Shown one piece after another: positions 18,346 to 28,175 of a stretch of 64,000 nt of DNA; the first letter of the stretch is position 1; the number at the start of each line of letters is the position of its first letter. The stretch lies in IMG/VR virus record IMGVR_UViG_3300049570_000094; one strand, given 5' to 3'. The DNA is from an uncultured virus (IMG/VR IMGVR_UViG_3300049570_000094). Its lineage: Duplodnaviria > Heunggongvirae > Uroviricota > Caudoviricetes. The notes beneath the pieces are model-generated. The model was not told the origin of the DNA. It was given only the letters and a program-made list of their open reading frames with translations, and made no database searches. Both the position numbers and the translations under genes were made by a program.

Positions 18346-18534
18346 GTGGGCGAGCGCAAGATCATTATTCAAACGCGCAAGCATCCAATGCGGGATGCGT
18401 CTCTGGCAGTAGATGCTTTCTTTCAAAAGCGATTCGGCTATAACTGGAAGAAAAAGCATCGCAACGGTGAAATTCCACAAGAAGAAATAAATAAGGCACA
18501 GGCCGAATTTCAGGAAATGATGAGGAGCCTATGA
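18346..18534 (+). CDS. Hypothetical protein
   Basis: AGGAG SD. Confidence 0.65.
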   Translation: MGERKIIIQTRKHPMRDASLAVDAFFQKRFGYNWKKKHRNGEIPQEEINKAQAEFQEMMRSL

Positions 18535-19418
18535 GTGACTTCAAGCCGATGCTCGCGGGGAAATTCGATCCGAACAAGATCGTCTATCCTGCGCTTGTGA
18601 GTCCGAAGCTGGACGGTATTCGTTGCTGTATCTATCAAGGTCAAGCCTTGACGCGATCGCTAAAGGAAATTCCGAACAAGCATATCTTTGGCGCACTGTC
18701 GGCGGTCCACCTTGAAGGTTTGGATGGGGAACTAATTATTGGAAGTCCGTGCGCGCACGATGTTTATCGTGTGACGAATTCAGCCGTTATGTCGTTCGAT
18801 GGCGAGCCGGAGTTCAAATACTTCGTGTTCGACAATTTCAATTCGAGCGGCGGATTCGAAAAGCGCAATGATATTGCGCGGCAAATGGCGTTGGAACTTC
18901 CTGCAATGATCGAGTGGCTTCCGCAGCACAAGGTCACTTCACTGGAAGAAATCCTATCTCTGGAAGAGAGCTGGCTACTTGCTGGTTACGAAGGAATTAT
19001 TATTCGATCGGCCGACGGCCCGTATAAATACGGACGCAGCACTACGAACGAAGGTTGGCTTATCAAGAAAAAGAACTTCCATGATTCCGAGGCCCGCATC
19101 ATCGGATTTCAAGAAATGATGCACAATCGAAACGAGGCTTTCCAAAACGAGCTTGGGCGCACTGCGCGATCCAAGGCTGCGGAAGGCATGGAAGCAAGCG
19201 GGCTTCTCGGTGCTCTGTTTTGCGAAGAGTTGTCTACCGGCATCACATTCAATCTCGGCAGTGGTCTTGATCTTCGAATGCGCGAAGAGATTTTCAAGAA
19301 CAAGGACTACTACATGGGAAAGATTGTGAAATTCAAATCATTCAAGATCGGCGTAAAAGATGCGCCGCGTCATCCGGTGTTTCTCGGATTCCGGGACCCG
19401 AAGGATATGTCTAGCTGA
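18531..19418 (+). CDS. lig: ATP-dependent DNA ligase (minimal type)
   Basis: KPMLA, SPKLDGIR (KxDG), LDGEL, VFD, GYEGII, PRHPVF. Confidence 0.95.
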   Translation: MSDFKPMLAGKFDPNKIVYPALVSPKLDGIRCCIYQGQALTRSLKEIPNKHIFGALSAVHLEGLDGELIIGSPCAHDVYRVTNSAVMSFDGEPEFKYFVFDNFNSSGGFEKRNDIARQMALELPAMIEWLPQHKVTSLEEILSLEESWLLAGYEGIIIRSADGPYKYGRSTTNEGWLIKKKNFHDSEARIIGFQEMMHNRNEAFQNELGRTARSKAAEGMEASGLLGALFCEELSTGITFNLGSGLDLRMREEIFKNKDYYMGKIVKFKSFKIGVKDAPRHPVFLGFRDPKDMSS

Positions 19419-19431
19419 AAGAGGAATTACT

Positions 19432-20019
19432 ATGTTGTTCGCACGCCTTTTAATTCTGTTGCCGCTCGTTGCAGCGGCGTACATCGGCAAATCTCAGCCA
19501 CTTCCGAATCTGACTGTAAATCTGCCTCTGCCGCCAGCGATCGAGCAATCGGCTTTCACCGAAAAGGAATTGAAATGTGCGGCCGACATGGTGTTCGGCG
19601 AAGCAGGAGGCGAACCATTCGCAGGGCAAGTAGCGGCAGCAGCCGTTGCAATTCGACGCTCCCTGTCTGCGCAGTGGCCGTTTGATTTATGTAGCGTAGT
19701 CAGGGAGCCGAATCAGTTTTACGGTTATGCGCTGCGAAAGAAAACCGATGAGCAATCCTTGGCAAGCGTGAGATACGCGGTTGCTCATCTATGGGATTTT
19801 CCAGAGGCATACTATTTCCACAGAAAAGAAATCAAGGGGAATTATGCGTTTCAATACACGATCGGAAACCACACGTTCTACCGCAGGAAAGTACGTCGCA
19901 GCTTTGCTGCTAGCGACGATCACTATCACATGGCTATCGGCGCGAGCATTTTACACACTTCATCCGGTAGGAAAAGAGATAGTTTATCGGCAAGTACTGG
20001 AGCCATATCCTTGCGTTGA
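19432..20019 (+). CDS. SleB / Hydrolase_2 family cell wall hydrolase
   Basis: Signal/anchor N-terminus; GEAGGEP..GQVA, VV...QF, IGNHTFY. Confidence 0.85.
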   Translation: MLFARLLILLPLVAAAYIGKSQPLPNLTVNLPLPPAIEQSAFTEKELKCAADMVFGEAGGEPFAGQVAAAAVAIRRSLSAQWPFDLCSVVREPNQFYGYALRKKTDEQSLASVRYAVAHLWDFPEAYYFHRKEIKGNYAFQYTIGNHTFYRRKVRRSFAASDDHYHMAIGASILHTSSGRKRDSLSASTGAISLR

Positions 20020-20218
20020 ACGCGAAGATGGTTCACTTGAGCAATTAACCGGCTTGAAATCTCCGGTCGATGAAGCGGATATGTTTCTGCTTCCGCGCCT
20101 TTGCCAAGGCGAATTTCAGTTGGTGTCGTTTGACGGTGAATTTGTCGGCTCTGTTTCCTTCTTGGGAAAAGGAGCTGTGGTCGTGGAGTTCAAAGGAGCG
20201 AGGATCGGAATTCGATGA
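19844..20218 (+). CDS. Membrane-anchored hypothetical protein
   Basis: AAGGGG before ATG; N-terminal hydrophobic helix; ATGA overlap with next gene. Confidence 0.6.
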   Translation: MRFNTRSETTRSTAGKYVAALLLATITITWLSARAFYTLHPVGKEIVYRQVLEPYPCVEREDGSLEQLTGLKSPVDEADMFLLPRLCQGEFQLVSFDGEFVGSVSFLGKGAVVVEFKGARIGIR

Positions 20219-20775
20219 AACCGCAGGTTGTTATTGGTATTGCGGGACAGAAACGCGCAGGCAAGGACACGGCAGCGAAAGGTGTTATGAACGGGCCGGG
20301 ATGGAGCAGGGAAAGTTTTGCAGCGCCAATTCGGACGGCAGCATGTGCGCTGTTCGGAATTGATCTTGAAGAACTGGATCAGACAAAGCACGAGGCGCGT
20401 GCAGAATTAGGCGGGAAATCTTTGAGAGATTTCATGCAGCTTATGGGAACTGAGTTCGGGCGCAACATGATTGATCCCGGCATGTGGTTGCAGTGCTTGC
20501 AAACGCGAATACAAAATCACAAGAAGGTCATCATCACCGATGTTCGGTTTCCGAACGAAGCTGATTTCGTGCATACGCTCGGCGGAATCGTGATCGAGAT
20601 TCAGCGGCCGTCGATTCAGCGCACTGATTCACACGCCAGCGAAACTCCGCTCCCGCGTGAAGTAATTGACTTCATTATCCAGAACGATTCCACGGTAGAC
20701 GTGCTGCAAAAGCGCGTCAGGGAGCTGGTCAAGCAATATTTAGGGAGAAGCAGCAAATGCACCAATGGATCATAA
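20215..20775 (+). CDS. Deoxynucleoside monophosphate kinase
   Basis: GQKRAGKDT P-loop, QLMGTEFGR, ITDVRFPNE, HASE. Confidence 0.92.
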   Translation: MKPQVVIGIAGQKRAGKDTAAKGVMNGPGWSRESFAAPIRTAACALFGIDLEELDQTKHEARAELGGKSLRDFMQLMGTEFGRNMIDPGMWLQCLQTRIQNHKKVIITDVRFPNEADFVHTLGGIVIEIQRPSIQRTDSHASETPLPREVIDFIIQNDSTVDVLQKRVRELVKQYLGRSSKCTNGS

Positions 20776-21320
20776 CCGCTGCGAAGAAGAGACTTGATCT
20801 TGATCGTCCCGAAGAATTTCCTTGGGATGTGGAATGCACGGCTGCTTCGCTTTCGAAAATTAATCGGTACACTGGACATTCTCCGTGGCCGTATTCCGTG
20901 GCTCAGCATGCCGTTCTTGTTGCCGAGTACGTTCTAAGCATCACTAACGATGCCTTTATCGGTATGCAGGGTCTTCACCATGACGATCCCGAAATCGTTA
21001 CAGGTGATATTTCATCGCCGGTGAAAGCTTGGCTCAAGCAGCATACGTTTGCGCTGAAAGATTTCGAAACCAAGCTGGAACAAATCGTCGCGGAGAAATT
21101 GCATTTGCCGTGGCCGTATCATCCGATCGTGGACGAAGCGGACAAGCGAATCGCTCTGAACGAGAAGCAGGTTTTCTTTCCGGAAATTCCGGACAAGTGG
21201 CAATCCGAGCAAGAAGGTGTGCAGCCGCTTCCGGGTGTGAAGATTGAATACTGGTCAGATACAAAAGCGCGCGTGGAATTTCTGACCATGCACGCTAGAC
21301 TGCTAAGGAGGATGACATGA
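20757..21320 (+). CDS. HD-domain phosphohydrolase (5'-deoxynucleotidase YfbR/YfdR-like)
   Basis: NRYTGH, YSVAQH, LHHD..E...GDI..PVK, AD. Confidence 0.88.
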   Translation: MHQWIITAAKKRLDLDRPEEFPWDVECTAASLSKINRYTGHSPWPYSVAQHAVLVAEYVLSITNDAFIGMQGLHHDDPEIVTGDISSPVKAWLKQHTFALKDFETKLEQIVAEKLHLPWPYHPIVDEADKRIALNEKQVFFPEIPDKWQSEQEGVQPLPGVKIEYWSDTKARVEFLTMHARLLRRMT

Positions 21321-22336
21321 CGTTGCTGGCAGAAAAACTTCCGTTGCACCACACCGACGATACCGTTGTAGATGCAGCGCGAGTGTCCTTTGCAAAACGC
21401 GCAGAATTGTTTTCCAACGACAAGAACATTTCGTTGTTAAAGCATTTGCACAAGAACGGGCACTGGTCGCCGTACGGCCATGCTCGCGAAGCATTCGTCT
21501 TGTCCCTGTCGAATGACGAAGCTGTGTTCTTCTTTGAGAATGCAAAGCTGGCTGGCTTCTCATGGATCAGAGAAGAAAACAATATCGGTAACGTTCTGGC
21601 CGGAAATCCGGCGAAGTGGTTGTTCAATGGGTCATTATGGGCGTGGCACGAAAATATTAAGTGGCTTCCGTATCCTGTTGCGCGAGATATAGCGACGGCG
21701 CTCTGGAAGCATTATCCAGAAGCATCCAAGATTCTATTTGATGATCGTTTAATCCACTTCGATAAGCCTAACCTTGTATATGCAGATCATGTATCGCATA
21801 TGCCGGATAGCGCAAAGTACGCGAAAGTGCTTTACGCATCGCTGCGAATTCGCGCACCGATTTGGGTCGCACGCCAGCTCGTCAAGCATCAGGTGCATTT
21901 GTGTTGGAATGAGGAATCGCGTCGCTATATCACGGACGATCCGACGTTCTATATTCCTGAGCTGCGCAAGAAAGCTGAGAACGTAAAGCAAGGATCGCTG
22001 GATGAAGAAATCGAGAATGCTCCTTGGTACAAGGAACAGATCGAGCGGCATCACGCGAATGCGAACCAACTTTATCAAGATCAACTCGCCGATGGCGTCG
22101 CTCCCGAAGTTGCGCGCGGTGTTTTGCCGTTGAACACTGAAACGAATTGGATTTGGACAGGCAGCTTGAACGCATGGGATCGCGTGTGTCGGGAGCGGTT
22201 GCCGTCCGGCGCGCAGAAAGAAACACGGCTGGTAGTTCAGCAAATCAATCAGCAGTTGGAATATTTGTACACGTGCTGGAAGGAAATTCGTGAAATGAAT
22301 TTCCCCTTGGAGAATGAGCCTGCGTGGATTCTGTAG
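21317..22336 (+). CDS. thyX: FAD-dependent thymidylate synthase, enlarged
   Basis: VVDAARVSF, HWSP, APIWVARQLVKHQ...WNEESRRY, APEVARGVLP, AQKE. Confidence 0.92.
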   Translation: MTLLAEKLPLHHTDDTVVDAARVSFAKRAELFSNDKNISLLKHLHKNGHWSPYGHAREAFVLSLSNDEAVFFFENAKLAGFSWIREENNIGNVLAGNPAKWLFNGSLWAWHENIKWLPYPVARDIATALWKHYPEASKILFDDRLIHFDKPNLVYADHVSHMPDSAKYAKVLYASLRIRAPIWVARQLVKHQVHLCWNEESRRYITDDPTFYIPELRKKAENVKQGSLDEEIENAPWYKEQIERHHANANQLYQDQLADGVAPEVARGVLPLNTETNWIWTGSLNAWDRVCRERLPSGAQKETRLVVQQINQQLEYLYTCWKEIREMNFPLENEPAWIL

Positions 22337-22539
22337 CTCGCCAGCTTACAGTCAAGGAACTTCGTTACGTCCTCTCGCAAATCCCTGCAACCGAGGATGA
22401 GCGAGTGCTTGACGTTTTCATGCCTTATTACAAGCGGACGTTCCCGCTGATTGCCTATGATGAATTGAAGAACATCGAGGGCCAGCCTGTAACTGAAAAT
22501 TCTCCGCTTGTGCTGATTACAGGGCCGAAACCGAAATGA
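22324..22539 (+). CDS. Hypothetical protein
   Basis: LTVKELR..L pattern; tiles with neighbours. Confidence 0.6.
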   Translation: MDSVARQLTVKELRYVLSQIPATEDERVLDVFMPYYKRTFPLIAYDELKNIEGQPVTENSPLVLITGPKPK

Positions 22540-23192
22540 TCTTAGAAAGCCGAGTGCCGTATATGACCGACTCGGAATTCAACGCAGCCGTGATCGGGCT
22601 TATGTCCAGCACTGCACTGACAATGAATGCCGAAAATGAAAAATACGTGTCCGAATCTATTGCTAGAAAAAAGCAAGCGGAACTTGGATACGTACCGCCG
22701 TCGAGCGCTATCGACATAGGCGTTGGTCAGAACGACGAAATCTCGATGGGTGAAGCAAGAATTATTCGGGAAGAGTTTGCAAAGGGATTTGAGCTGAAAG
22801 CAATTGCCAAGTCGATGAAGGTGTCTGTCAATTTGGTAATCGCTGTAATTGAAGGTAGAGTGTGGCCTTACGCTGGCGGTCCTCTGAAACCTTTAACGGG
22901 GATCGGACTCAATGAAACCGGATACACGGCCAACCAACGTAAGTTCATTGGCGCGGTGCTTAAGCTTGCAAAGCGAGAATTTACCGTGCAACAGTTCGAA
23001 ATTGTCGTGGACAATAACGGACTACTTAGCGCCGATGTAAGTCGGCTAATTCTGAATTTGGAGCGTAGTGATGGAAGAGAAACCGCAAACCGCAGACGTG
23101 CTCTCCTTAGCAGCCATTCGAAAGGCGAGGACCTTGAAAAACGAGCGGCAGCATTCAGACGCCGCATTGGAGGAAAGACTAAAAAAGGATGA
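22536..23192 (+). CDS. Putative HTH DNA-binding protein
   Basis: IREEFAKG..LKAIAKSMKVSVNLVIAVIEGRVW resembles an HTH. Confidence 0.6.
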   Translation: MILESRVPYMTDSEFNAAVIGLMSSTALTMNAENEKYVSESIARKKQAELGYVPPSSAIDIGVGQNDEISMGEARIIREEFAKGFELKAIAKSMKVSVNLVIAVIEGRVWPYAGGPLKPLTGIGLNETGYTANQRKFIGAVLKLAKREFTVQQFEIVVDNNGLLSADVSRLILNLERSDGRETANRRRALLSSHSKGEDLEKRAAAFRRRIGGKTKKG

Positions 23193-23463
23193 AGAGGGAT
23201 ACACTGCGGTTGTTCCGTTTTTCTATGCTGTAGTGTTCTTGCAGTTCTTGACTGAAATGGACCGCTTTCCGGATCATCGGAGGGAATTGGCGCTTGCCGT
23301 TCACCATGCGATTCCAAGAGACGTGTTCAAACCTTTGCCGCTTACCGTGGATGTTTCGGTAAGCTGTGACGAAGCTTTGAAGCAGCTCGGTTATTACGAA
23401 TGCTTTGAAGCGGTGAAGGAAAAATACAAAGAGGCACTAGATCGAGAGGGACTTTTGACATGA
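23068..23463 (+). CDS. Hypothetical protein (true start probably further downstream)
   Basis: Fills the gap; ATGA overlap at 3' end. Confidence 0.5.
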   Translation: MMEEKPQTADVLSLAAIRKARTLKNERQHSDAALEERLKKDEEGYTAVVPFFYAVVFLQFLTEMDRFPDHRRELALAVHHAIPRDVFKPLPLTVDVSVSCDEALKQLGYYECFEAVKEKYKEALDREGLLT

Positions 23464-24026
23464 CACAGTTTTTCGAAGGCACGGAAGGTATCAAGGTAGA
23501 AAAGATTTTCGGTCATAACGTGGCCGTGACCTTCGATCGCTGGCAGCTTCTTCTTTTGCAATTCACGAAATTGGTAAATTACTTTTCCGACCAACTCGTC
23601 AACGAGTGGGGCGGGCATTTCGTAGAAGAAGCCAGCACGCCAGCTCCCGAGGCTGTGTTCCGTTTCCGACAGTGGATCGAGGCTCAGGCTAGCGAAGCCT
23701 CATGGATCGAGCGCCACTTCCGGGAGCTGCCTTGGGGTCCGACGAACTGTAAATTGTCAAATGAACCTAGTGACGAATTGGGTGCGCCGTACGAAGCGTA
23801 CTTGTCCTGTGGCGAAGGATTCGTTACTATCAATCAAGCGTCTCGTTTGCTTTGTATTGACTCTGCAAAGCTTGTGGAGTTAAAATTGCAGCTCGTCTAC
23901 GACGATCTTGTTGTTCTGAAAGCTGTAGAAGGAATGCTTCGTCCGCGAGAAGAGTGGCCGAAGATTGAAGTAAAGCAGGGCGGGCAAGGGCGGTCTATAC
24001 GTCCTGTGAGAATCAGACCGCAATAA
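23460..24026 (+). CDS. Hypothetical protein
   Basis: GAGGGG SD. Confidence 0.75.
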   Translation: MTQFFEGTEGIKVEKIFGHNVAVTFDRWQLLLLQFTKLVNYFSDQLVNEWGGHFVEEASTPAPEAVFRFRQWIEAQASEASWIERHFRELPWGPTNCKLSNEPSDELGAPYEAYLSCGEGFVTINQASRLLCIDSAKLVELKLQLVYDDLVVLKAVEGMLRPREEWPKIEVKQGGQGRSIRPVRIRPQ

Positions 24027-24055
24027 TCATCGTGATGAATTAACAGGAGCTACAA

Positions 24056-24499
24056 ATGACTCAGTTTCTTGATATTGCTGACGAAGATACCGAAAGCGTT
24101 GCTGAGCAACTTTCTCAGACTGTCGAGCGTACCGACTACAACGTGATTGCGAAGTATTACAACACGAAGGCTGTCGGCAAGATTTTCCATTTCGATTTCC
24201 CGCGTACGAAACTCTCGTCGCTCAAGAAGCAGCTTGAATTGCGCGGTCTGATTATCGACGCCGACGTTACGGTTGCTGTTCGTCCGATTTCGGATGAAAA
24301 GGATGCGCCGACGCACGCTTTCCTTCGTAGGCTGACGGACAAGGAAGCGCAGCTCATCACGATCAAGGTTGGCCGTCGCAAGAAGAGTGACGGTGAAGGT
24401 GGTGAAGGCGGCGACGCGAAGAAGGATGACAAGAAGGGAAGCGACAAGAAGCCTCCTGCGAGCAAGGGCGCGGTGACGACTACCGGCAAGAAGAAGTAA
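24056..24499 (+). CDS. Hypothetical protein with Lys-rich tail (possible nucleic-acid binder)
   Basis: AGGAG SD; VGRRKK and basic tail; own terminator. Confidence 0.8.
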   Translation: MTQFLDIADEDTESVAEQLSQTVERTDYNVIAKYYNTKAVGKIFHFDFPRTKLSSLKKQLELRGLIIDADVTVAVRPISDEKDAPTHAFLRRLTDKEAQLITIKVGRRKKSDGEGGEGGDAKKDDKKGSDKKPPASKGAVTTTGKKK

Positions 24500-24532
24500 C
24501 CCTGTACACGTAGCATTTCTGTAAAGAAGTCT

Positions 24533-24566
24533 GAGGCCCCGCCGATCTGGCGGGGCCTCTTGCTTT
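24533..24566 (+). terminator. Intrinsic terminator-like hairpin
   Basis: GAGGCCCCGCC/GGCGGGGCCTC, then TTGCTTT. Confidence 0.75.
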
Positions 24567-24628
24567 GGGCTAGGCTGTCCAGCCTGCTTGCGCGAAGGGC
24601 GCGCAAGCCATTTCTGAATTAAATAATA

Positions 24629-24964
24629 ATGCAGAAGAAATTGCGTCAGCGCCTAGAAATAGGCCGTCCGATCTTTTTGATTAATTCCGCAACTTCGAAA
24701 CACGATATCAGTAAAAGTCTTGAGCTACAGGACTTTCAGTGTTCTGTAGATCGCTTGAGTTGGACCGTGCGTTGCGGCAACGGTCAGCTCATCAGTGGGG
24801 GAATTCGGGATAGTAGGCAGATTCCTTTTTTGCCGGGTGCGCAAATTTGTCTTGCGCTTCCAGTGAAACTGCATCTGCGTAAAAGAAATACTGTCGCACC
24901 GGATTTCATCATTGAAATGCCGTCGTCCTATTTGGCCGTCTCAGAACTGGCATCCATTCGATAA
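24629..24964 (+). CDS. Hypothetical protein
   Basis: 111-aa ORF ending 1 nt before the primase start; no clear SD. Confidence 0.55.
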   Translation: MQKKLRQRLEIGRPIFLINSATSKHDISKSLELQDFQCSVDRLSWTVRCGNGQLISGGIRDSRQIPFLPGAQICLALPVKLHLRKRNTVAPDFIIEMPSSYLAVSELASIR

Positions 24965-24965
24965 C

Positions 24966-27900
24966 ATGCAATATCTATTCTACAAGGGTCCAGAGAAGAA
25001 AGGGGTGTGGCGTGCTCTGGACGTCGAAACGCTGCAAAAGCGAATCCCAACAGCACCGAAAATCGCATTCACTACGATCCTTTCGGTCAGTGAAAAGCCG
25101 GGAAGGAAAGAATCTGTAAGCGATGAAGCTCTGTACCAAGGTCCGCTCTATATCGACATTGACAACGATAAAGCGCCGACTAAGGAAGAGAACATTCAGA
25201 AATCCATTAAGACGGCGAAGAAAGTCGTCAACAAGCTTTTGAAGAATGGAGTCGAGCCTAGCCAAATTCTGATTTGGGCGAGCGGCAAGAAAGGATTCCA
25301 TATCATGATTCCGATGCACGTCTTTACGAAAGATGTGCCACTTCGAAAGCTTCCCCTTGCATACAAGTACATGCTCGGGCAAATGAAGCTGCTAGATATG
25401 ATTGACGACACCGTGTATTCGCACGGTCGCGGTCGTATGTGGCGCGTGGAAAATAAACAGCGAGAAGATAACGGCGCGTACAAAGTCGGAGTCACCGTCA
25501 AGGAATTGATGGAAATGACTCCAGAAATTTACGAGAAGTTGTGCAGCGCACCGAGGGAGCCGATCCGGATCGCTCCCGATACGAAGAAGAACGCGTACCT
25601 ATCAGCCATGTTTAGCATGGCCTATGCGAAAGCGCAGGAAGCAATCAAACCAATTCAGGTCTATATTGATCCTGAAATTGTTGAAGGACTGCAAGGCGCG
25701 TTTCCTCCGTGTGCTGAGTCGGTATCAAAAGGTGAAAACATTGATCCCGACAAAGGCTATAACGAAATCTCTACGCAGTTCGGTAAAGCGGTAGCGACAT
25801 TCAAACCGGATGATGCGGAAGAAGTCATCAATGACTTCGCGCATACGATCGAGGGCGATAGCTACAACACGCCTGAGAAACGTTACGAACACACAATGAA
25901 GGCGTACCGCATTTCTGCGCGTAGCAAGGATTACGCGTGGTCGTGTCGGTCAATGCTTTCCGTTCTAAAGGACAAAGAAAGTCCGTGTCTTGATTGCCCG
26001 ATCGCTTTCTTGCTCATCCAGCAAGACGATTTAATTGCGGAGGCTGCGCGTGAGCGAGAAGAAAAGAAGTCTGCCGATAACGCTAAGCGTAAAGCTGAAA
26101 ATGAGCGCGCCTTCAAGATACCAGCCGCACAACGTACGGCTGAGTTTCGAACCAACGGACACAGCCATCCAAACGGAAATGAACCGCATCGCGAAATTCT
26201 GGCTCATAAGTCCGACGATGTTTTTGGCGGTACAACAATTGATCGAGTCACAGAAGTTAAAGGCTCAGACATTTCCGAGCCTAGAGACGACTTTGATGAA
26301 GCTGTAGAAGAAATCATCGAGCAAGCTGAGGGTGCGGCCGAAGCCGCAGCCGAAGCCGCAGGAGGCGGGGACGAGCCTCCTGACGATGACGATAACGACA
26401 GGTTCAAAACTAACAGCGAAGGATTGTGGCCTGACAAGGAAGGTTATTCTTTTCGAACTTCTGACGGCGCATTGAGACGGATCAGTAATTTCACGTTGAA
26501 TCTTACCGCTCAGTTTACCGAATGGATCGAGAATCTAAATCAGGAACGACGATCAGCAGTATCAGCGGAAGTGCTAATTGACGGTAAAGTGAAAGGTTCA
26601 GTAATCCTTGAAGAGAATGCTTGGAATTCCAAATCTAGTCTAATTGGATTTATGTCAGGCATTGCAAATGCAGGTTTCTACGGTAAAGACGACGACGTTC
26701 AGAGGATCAAGATCGTGCTGATGGAAGATTTGGAAGAAAATGTGAGAACTATTCGGCGCGTTACGTCGATCGGAATTCATCGTGCGCACGTCGCCGACAA
26801 AGACGTGTTTACATACGTCGAACCCGGATTCTCGTTCGATAATCTAGGCAATCTACAAACATACCAGCTCGCAGGGCAGGTGCCCGGCGCACCGAAGCTG
26901 TTCAATACAACCGGCCTTGTCGCCGGTAGCGACAAAGCTAAGGATGCAATCTACGCACTGACAAAGATTAATTCCGACGTGAAGATTGCACAGATTATTG
27001 GATGGTACTGCGCGGCGTTTCTCAGGCAGCATATCCACGCAGCATACGGACAATTTCCCGTTCTCGGATTCAGCGGCGCTGCCGGATCGGGTAAAACTAA
27101 TCAGGCAACAATGGTTGCATGTTTACACGGCGTAGACTATCGAGAGAATTCTTCGCCGGTCAGTCTGCCGCAGGCATCGAAATTCGCCGTGTGGAAATCC
27201 ATCCGTGACTCCATGACTGTTCCGCGCATCATGGAGGAATACAACAAATCCAAGCTGCCGCGTACATTCATCGAGTACGGTGAAATCTTCAAGGACTGTT
27301 GGAATCAATTCTCGGTCCAACGTGGCACGCTTTCCAATTCCAAGAAAACGGGCGATAACCAAGTCGGTGCGCATGTCAGCGAATTCCCGCTGAGCGCTCC
27401 CATAGTCATTTGTTCGGAACAGGCAGTGACAATGCCTGCGCTCGTTGAACGAATGATCCAGATCGGTTTCACGAAGCAAGACTTGGACATTCCGGGAGTT
27501 CGCGATTACTTCGAATACTGCACGCAGAACAAAAAGCACTTCAACGACTTCGCGCGATCCGCGTACAACCTTGCGGTAATGGTGAAGGTCAGTGACGTGC
27601 GCGAAATGATCGAGGCAAACAAGGTCTACGTGCCGCGCGGCGTAGGTGATCGTCCGCATTTCTCTTTCGCTGTCATTCTGTCCGGCTTGGACTTTTTCGA
27701 AGAAGTTCTCAAACGCGCGGACATTGATCTGACCGAGCGTGTAAACGAGCTGCGTAACGCTATCTATTACATGCTTAAGAGCGATGCCACGGTGCTTGCG
27801 ATGGTGAAGCAGCGTAGCGAAGTCGATATCGTCATGGAGAAAATGGCGACGATGGCGGCAATGTCCGAGACGGAAGGTTCAATTCCGTGGCTTGTCGAGC

Positions 27901-28175
27901 ACGTGCATTACATGCGCGTGGATGATTATCTCTATCTCGATGGACTTGTCGCGCATGCTCAGTACCGTTCGTTCTGTCACCGTGTCGATAATGCTGTTCC
28001 GGTTATTGACGAATACGGGCAGTTCCGAACGTTGCTTCGTGGCGAAGCCTATGCAGAGGATTTGAATGCTCATCTGGAAGGATTCGCGCGCGATCGAGCA
28101 GTGCTCAAGTTGCACTTGCCTAAAATGGCGGAAAAGGGAATCGAAATTGCTGCGTTCACAGGGAGCGGCGAATGA
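24966..28175 (+). CDS. Primase-helicase fusion (AEP-type primase plus P-loop/DUF927-like helicase)
   Basis: YIDID and SGKKGFH primase motifs; Cys cluster; Walker A GAAGSGKT. Confidence 0.88.
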   Translation: MQYLFYKGPEKKGVWRALDVETLQKRIPTAPKIAFTTILSVSEKPGRKESVSDEALYQGPLYIDIDNDKAPTKEENIQKSIKTAKKVVNKLLKNGVEPSQILIWASGKKGFHIMIPMHVFTKDVPLRKLPLAYKYMLGQMKLLDMIDDTVYSHGRGRMWRVENKQREDNGAYKVGVTVKELMEMTPEIYEKLCSAPREPIRIAPDTKKNAYLSAMFSMAYAKAQEAIKPIQVYIDPEIVEGLQGAFPPCAESVSKGENIDPDKGYNEISTQFGKAVATFKPDDAEEVINDFAHTIEGDSYNTPEKRYEHTMKAYRISARSKDYAWSCRSMLSVLKDKESPCLDCPIAFLLIQQDDLIAEAAREREEKKSADNAKRKAENERAFKIPAAQRTAEFRTNGHSHPNGNEPHREILAHKSDDVFGGTTIDRVTEVKGSDISEPRDDFDEAVEEIIEQAEGAAEAAAEAAGGGDEPPDDDDNDRFKTNSEGLWPDKEGYSFRTSDGALRRISNFTLNLTAQFTEWIENLNQERRSAVSAEVLIDGKVKGSVILEENAWNSKSSLIGFMSGIANAGFYGKDDDVQRIKIVLMEDLEENVRTIRRVTSIGIHRAHVADKDVFTYVEPGFSFDNLGNLQTYQLAGQVPGAPKLFNTTGLVAGSDKAKDAIYALTKINSDVKIAQIIGWYCAAFLRQHIHAAYGQFPVLGFSGAAGSGKTNQATMVACLHGVDYRENSSPVSLPQASKFAVWKSIRDSMTVPRIMEEYNKSKLPRTFIEYGEIFKDCWNQFSVQRGTLSNSKKTGDNQVGAHVSEFPLSAPIVICSEQAVTMPALVERMIQIGFTKQDLDIPGVRDYFEYCTQNKKHFNDFARSAYNLAVMVKVSDVREMIEANKVYVPRGVGDRPHFSFAVILSGLDFFEEVLKRADIDLTERVNELRNAIYYMLKSDATVLAMVKQRSEVDIVMEKMATMAAMSETEGSIPWLVEHVHYMRVDDYLYLDGLVAHAQYRSFCHRVDNAVPVIDEYGQFRTLLRGEAYAEDLNAHLEGFARDRAVLKLHLPKMAEKGIEIAAFTGSGE

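Noticed and set aside
20757..21320. DatZ of a 2-aminoadenine (Z) genome
   Set aside because: No PurZ or MazZ visible in the window; HD hydrolases of this type are common in ordinary phages
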